From the human T2T-CHM13v2.0 reference genome, Homo sapiens: a DNA stretch of 64,000 nucleotides. Position 1 is the stretch's first letter. Each line of letters opens with the position of its first letter. The notes under the pieces are model-generated. The model worked only from the letters and a program-made list of their open reading frames with translations, ran no database searches and was not told where the DNA came from. Location: the NCBI RefSeq assembly GCF_009914755.1, contig NC_060929.1; one strand, written 5' to 3'. The translations under genes were made by a program, and so were the position numbers. Positions 59,307-64,000 of this stretch are shown here, piece after piece.

Positions 59307-59358
<52 letters not shown>
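59307..59358. repeat. (TA)26 microsatellite in the Alu tail
   Basis: Direct count; uninterrupted. Confidence 0.95.
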
Positions 59359-59365
<7 letters not shown>

Positions 59366-59944
59366 GGTGCTATATAAAAACTTTTGATGGAATTTTCTAT
59401 CCTGTCTTTCCTTTTACTGCTGGTAATTGGCCTCAGACTACCTAAATCTTTCCCTTCACAGCAGCCTGCAGTTCTGGGGAGTCAAAGTATTAAAAATGCC
59501 TCTCCAGTGAAGGCCTGCTTGCTTGATGACAAGTGAATTGGAGAGTTGTTTTTCCCTCTTGTTGTTCAGACTTCTTTGTCTTTTCCTAAGCACTTCTTAT
59601 TCCAACATGAGAAAATGACTTCTCACTGAACTCATCCTTTCTGAACACTGGAAGCAAGCCTTAAATCAAGTTCTAGCTTTAAATCATAGATTCACAGCTG
59701 AAGTAGGCTTTACATGTTCTTGGAAAACAGGATTGTAGGGAAAATGCTACATTGTCTTACAACCAGTTACTCAGTAGTTTGTGAAAGATTGCTTGACTAA
59801 CTAAATGAAGAATAGTATAGGGAAAGAAGTAAATGTATGGTGGTCTTTCTGCCCATTGGCAAGATCTTGATTTTGTTTAGTAAATGAATATATGTATTCA
59901 CAGATGGACTGGGGAATCTCAGAAGTACAGTACTTGGTCTGAAT

Positions 59945-60132
59945 CAATGATTTTCACAGGACTCTTTAGAATCCTAGGAGTGTGAGGAGGTAACTACATG
60001 TAAGGGGAGGGGAGAAAAGGTGGGTGGTACTCTGAACCCCTCCCTTAACCAGAGAGGCTCTGCTTGAATAGTTTTGTAAATTGAACCTCTAAAGAGGATA
60101 TTTTTAAAGACAATAGTTTGAAAATTATTGGC
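59945..60132 (+). mobile_element. MER103-like hAT fossil
   Basis: ttaaccagagaggctctgctt...agtttgaaaattattg end motif. Confidence 0.5.
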
Positions 60133-62409
60133 ATCCGAGACTTTTACCAACTAAACCCAATTTTTGAGCTTGGGAATCTGGTTCACAAATACTAGTGTAG
60201 TTCCTGTTAACTTGATAACTATCACATTTCATTAGATGATTATGTGATCTCCTTCTATATCAGAATGTTTCTATTTATTAGTGATCAGTGGTGCCTGGTG
60301 GCTAAATTAAATAGATTAATGAAGGGTATTAGTAATTTCATGGATTAATAAATATAATTTTTTAAAATTGAGAACTAATGTACCACAAAATGCAATCTGT
60401 TTATTTTTATTAAATTATTCATATTTAAAACTGCCACATATTCTGTGAATTAGTAACAGTAGATAACAGTACGGTCTTTGACTCTTTTATGGTCTGTGAT
60501 TAATGACCAAGTATTTGATTTCTATGAAACCATTTGGGTCTAGAAGTCAATCACATAATCAGCTGTATCTGCTACATTTCGAATCTGAAAATAAGTTTGG
60601 GCTTGGCCCAAGCTTTTCACATACTATAATTTTATAATTCTCTAAATTCTAGTAATATTTGCCATCATTTTTAATTATTTCCTTCCATCTCTCTTTTTAC
60701 CTATATATTGAAAGCCCTAGTGTTCAAATTAGATTTTCAAAGTGAAAATTAAATACTTGATTATATTATTTTATACCACACTATGAATATTTACTAATTT
60801 TGAAAGAAAATACTCTTTTTATATATATTTTTATATCAAGGGTGTACCAGATTGGAATTTGTTTGCTTGAGTCACTATAAAATAAGATTTCCAATCACAT
60901 TCATAAATGTCCTCTTATTGTAAAATAGTTTTGTTAAAACTTGAAATTCTTGTATAATGTCTTAAAGCCTATTTAATTTAGCTAAAAAAATTTTCATCCC
61001 CGCCTTTTTTCCTTCCTTTTTGTGTGTGTTTAAGACATCTTAACTCATGTTATAATTTAGATATATTCATAGCAGAATCACCTAATATTCATTTTTCTGA
61101 TATTTTGTTAAATGTTCACATTTTCAATTATGAATATACTTCATACATTGTAGACAATTTAGCTTTACAAAAAAGTATAGAATGTATTAAGTGAGTGAAG
61201 TACTTTCAAAAGTTGATTTCTACACATCAATCAAAACCTGAAATGACTACTTCTTTCAGCTCTTCATAGTGAACACATTATTACATGGACTAAATAGTCA
61301 TGCATTCATCATTTATATTTTTTGTTTGAATGGTTACCTTCTTTTGGAGAGTAGATCAGGTGTAATTGTAACTGCTTTTTCAGCAGATCAAAAATTCCTT
61401 TCAGTTTGGAAAATAAATGGTTTTTCAACATAATATTCAAGTGTTATTTCTTTGTTTTTTAAAAACAGTTTTTGATGTGTGATTTCCACAGTAATGGAAG
61501 GGAAGTAAATGAAGTAAAGGCATTTCTAAGACTTACATGTTTGATTTGGGAATATAATCAGAAGACCTGCTTAACTTTTAATTATAAATCTTCTTAGATT
61601 AATGCAATAGACTATTCAGTGTATATTTGTTGGTTGAATTACAGATGTTTTTAGAACTTTGAAGTTTTGTTTGAATATAATGCTCTCATGGAACCTTTAA
61701 AAATTAACGGTCAATAAGAGTTTATTGTCCTTGTGCAAAGCACAAACACAAATTTACAATAGGTTAATCTTTTTTCTTAAATTGTGATATTCTTATGTAT
61801 TTTCAGATTGAAATTTTATTTGTGGCTTTAAAAAAAATTCATTAATGAAGTCCAGTTTAAACGTAATATTGGTGTGCTATAAACTTGCCACAGGACATTT
61901 TCACTAATATAGGAAATAGGTTACTTGGAATTGTTCTGCTGTCTTTCTGGGTGTAGTTTAAGACCTTTTATCTTTTCAGATCTGAAAAGCTAAATCATAT
62001 TATATAAAGCATTTCAGAATAACCAAGCATTTTGATATAATATTGGATTTTCTGTGATAGAACAAGTTGAGATTCCTTATAGGACACTTGTAAATATGAG
62101 GAAGCTAATAAGATTTTAGGTAATTCATTGAACTAGTAGGCAGTCTTAAAAATTCTGAAAGCTTGTCTGTAAGACTTCTATAATTGCTTTAAAAATATTA
62201 TCTGTGGAGATAGTCTTACATGTTCACATAAGTATATGTAGGACATGTCAGATTATAGAATCATCACATTTTCAAGCTGGAGTGCCTCCTTTAATTACTG
62301 TGAGGAATAATAGCTTATGATAGTCATGCATAAGATGTTAGTTTTTAATTGGGTATCTGTAATAATACTATATGCAAGCTTTATAAATGCTAATTTTAAA
62401 ATCTTAAAC

Positions 62410-62610
62410 AGAAAGAGCTTATGCTTGGAGTCATAGAAATGCTTAGGTTCAAATGCTAGCTATACTACTTTAATCAGCTGTGAACATTTGGATAAGTTAA
62501 CTACCCTATACCTTTTTTTTTCTCATCTGTAGAAGATTGTTTTAAAGATAAAAGATAAAACATGAAAGGAACCTAAACATTGCTTGGTGAACAGCAAGCT
62601 CTTAATAAAC
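62410..62610 (+). mobile_element. MIR
   Basis: ttggagtcatagaaatgcttaggttcaaatgc...agctgtga...tctcatctgta. Confidence 0.75.
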
Positions 62611-63837
62611 AGATGCTGCAACTGAGTAACTTTAGTCAAATTACACTTCAAGTCATGTGTAAAAATGGCTTTCAGTATAAGAATTCCTATTTTAGTGCTC
62701 TTAATTTGTGTTCATTTTATTTGTAATGGTTCAGAATAACAAAGTTTGAAAGCCCACAAACCTAATATATGTAGCGTGGTGCTTGGCTTTCAGTAGTTCT
62801 CACTTTCATACATTGTGCATTGATACTTCTAAACCTCCTTTTGTATGCAGAATTCAGTCTCTTATACATCACCACCAGTCAACAAACTGATTTAGAATTA
62901 TCACCTGATTGTACTGCTTGCTGCCACTGCTATAAAAGGAGAGACATCAGTCAGACTATAAGGATCTTATTCTGGTTGTCCTACCTATTTGATCACCATT
63001 CCTCCAACCCAGGAGCTCGTGTCAGGTTTGCTTATATACAAGGGAACAACTATCTCAGAAGTATGTCACCTCACTCAGCCCAGCCTCTCTTTCAACCCCA
63101 AAGTCACCTCCAAATTCCACTTATCTCTCCTCATGCTACCCCATCAATGTAAAATATTGGGCTAGAAGTAGACAACTGGTTGAAAACTATCACCAAGAAT
63201 TATATATGCTTGTGGGTTACAGCTCTATAGCCCTCTACCTTTGATTTGGTACTAGTGGAAGAAAATCCCTCCTCCACGGTCTTAGATATTTTATGAGCGC
63301 TGAAACTCTGAAATGTAAAGATTAAAGGCTGCCCAAATATCTCTCCTGGCCTGTGTGAATGGATTAGGAAAGGAATAGTGGCTCAGGAAAGGAGAGATGC
63401 CTGAGTCTGCTGTTTCATTCTTAGGAACCATTGGTGTCTCCTGCCACAGGTACCTTCAAGAGTCATACTCACCTACAGGGTCACTGAAACCCTAGGAAGG
63501 CAGTATTTGTAAGTAGTAATATTAGAAATCTTATTTCTAACCATCCTTTAAATAATATCTTGCGCAGCTTTCAAATGTGTGAGAACACTATATGCAGAAG
63601 AAAGGGAAACTTTCTAAATAAAAACAATCCCTTTCCATTAATAATTTTTATCAGAACTAGTCATGATAGTTAGAAAATGATGCTTTTCCAACTCTGGTAC
63701 TTGTTCCACATTTACTATTCATCATCATGGTAAGCAAGAGCCCTTTTATCGCTCCAATTTTTATTTATTCATCTATTTATCTATATTGTTTAGTGCTGTG
63801 GCTTTATTAATTCCTGGGTTTTTCTCAGTGTTATATA

Positions 63838-63940
63838 TAGTGCTCAGACATTTTGGTTTCAGAATTCCTTTAGACTCTTCATAATTATTGAGAGAACTTT
63901 GTTTATGGAATATGTATTGATATTTTTTATAATAAAACTA
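63838..63940. mobile_element. Charlie1/MER33-like terminal fragment
   Basis: ttttggtttcagaattcctttagactcttcataattattgaga. Confidence 0.5.
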
Positions 63941-64000
63941 AAGGGTCAGAACCATAGCTATATCTCAGCCCCTTGGGCCCAGGATGATAGAGTGTGCCTC

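Noticed and set aside
62820-63152. 110-aa ORF in unique DNA
   Set aside because: Non-ATG start, no recognisable domain and no convincing splice context; expected by chance in 64 kb.

Overview
AT-rich, CpG-poor primate (human-like; it contains AluY and L1PA3-type elements) nuclear DNA with no recognisable complete host gene, RNA gene or CRISPR array. Roughly half of it is recognisable interspersed repeat: three L1PA insertions, several old L1M fragments, about 12 Alu/FLAM, MaLR/ERVL solo LTRs, L2, MIR and hAT/Tigger DNA fossils. The ORF-track proteins are L1 ORF2 remnants, Alu read-throughs or chance ORFs. Most L1s lie antisense to the + strand and a few + strand exon-like segments occur, which suggests a large intron of a + strand gene (inference; gene not identified). 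I find no support for a new biological system. The best observations are mutational scars and structural motifs: a twin-primed 5'-inverted L1PA3, an L1PA7-like copy with an internal templated insertion and a 22-bp x4 expansion, a 28-bp templated insertion copied from 600 bp away, a palindromic 31-bp AT minisatellite, and candidate cryptic exons. Repeat subfamily names were assigned by eye from recalled consensus motifs and need RepeatMasker/Dfam confirmation.
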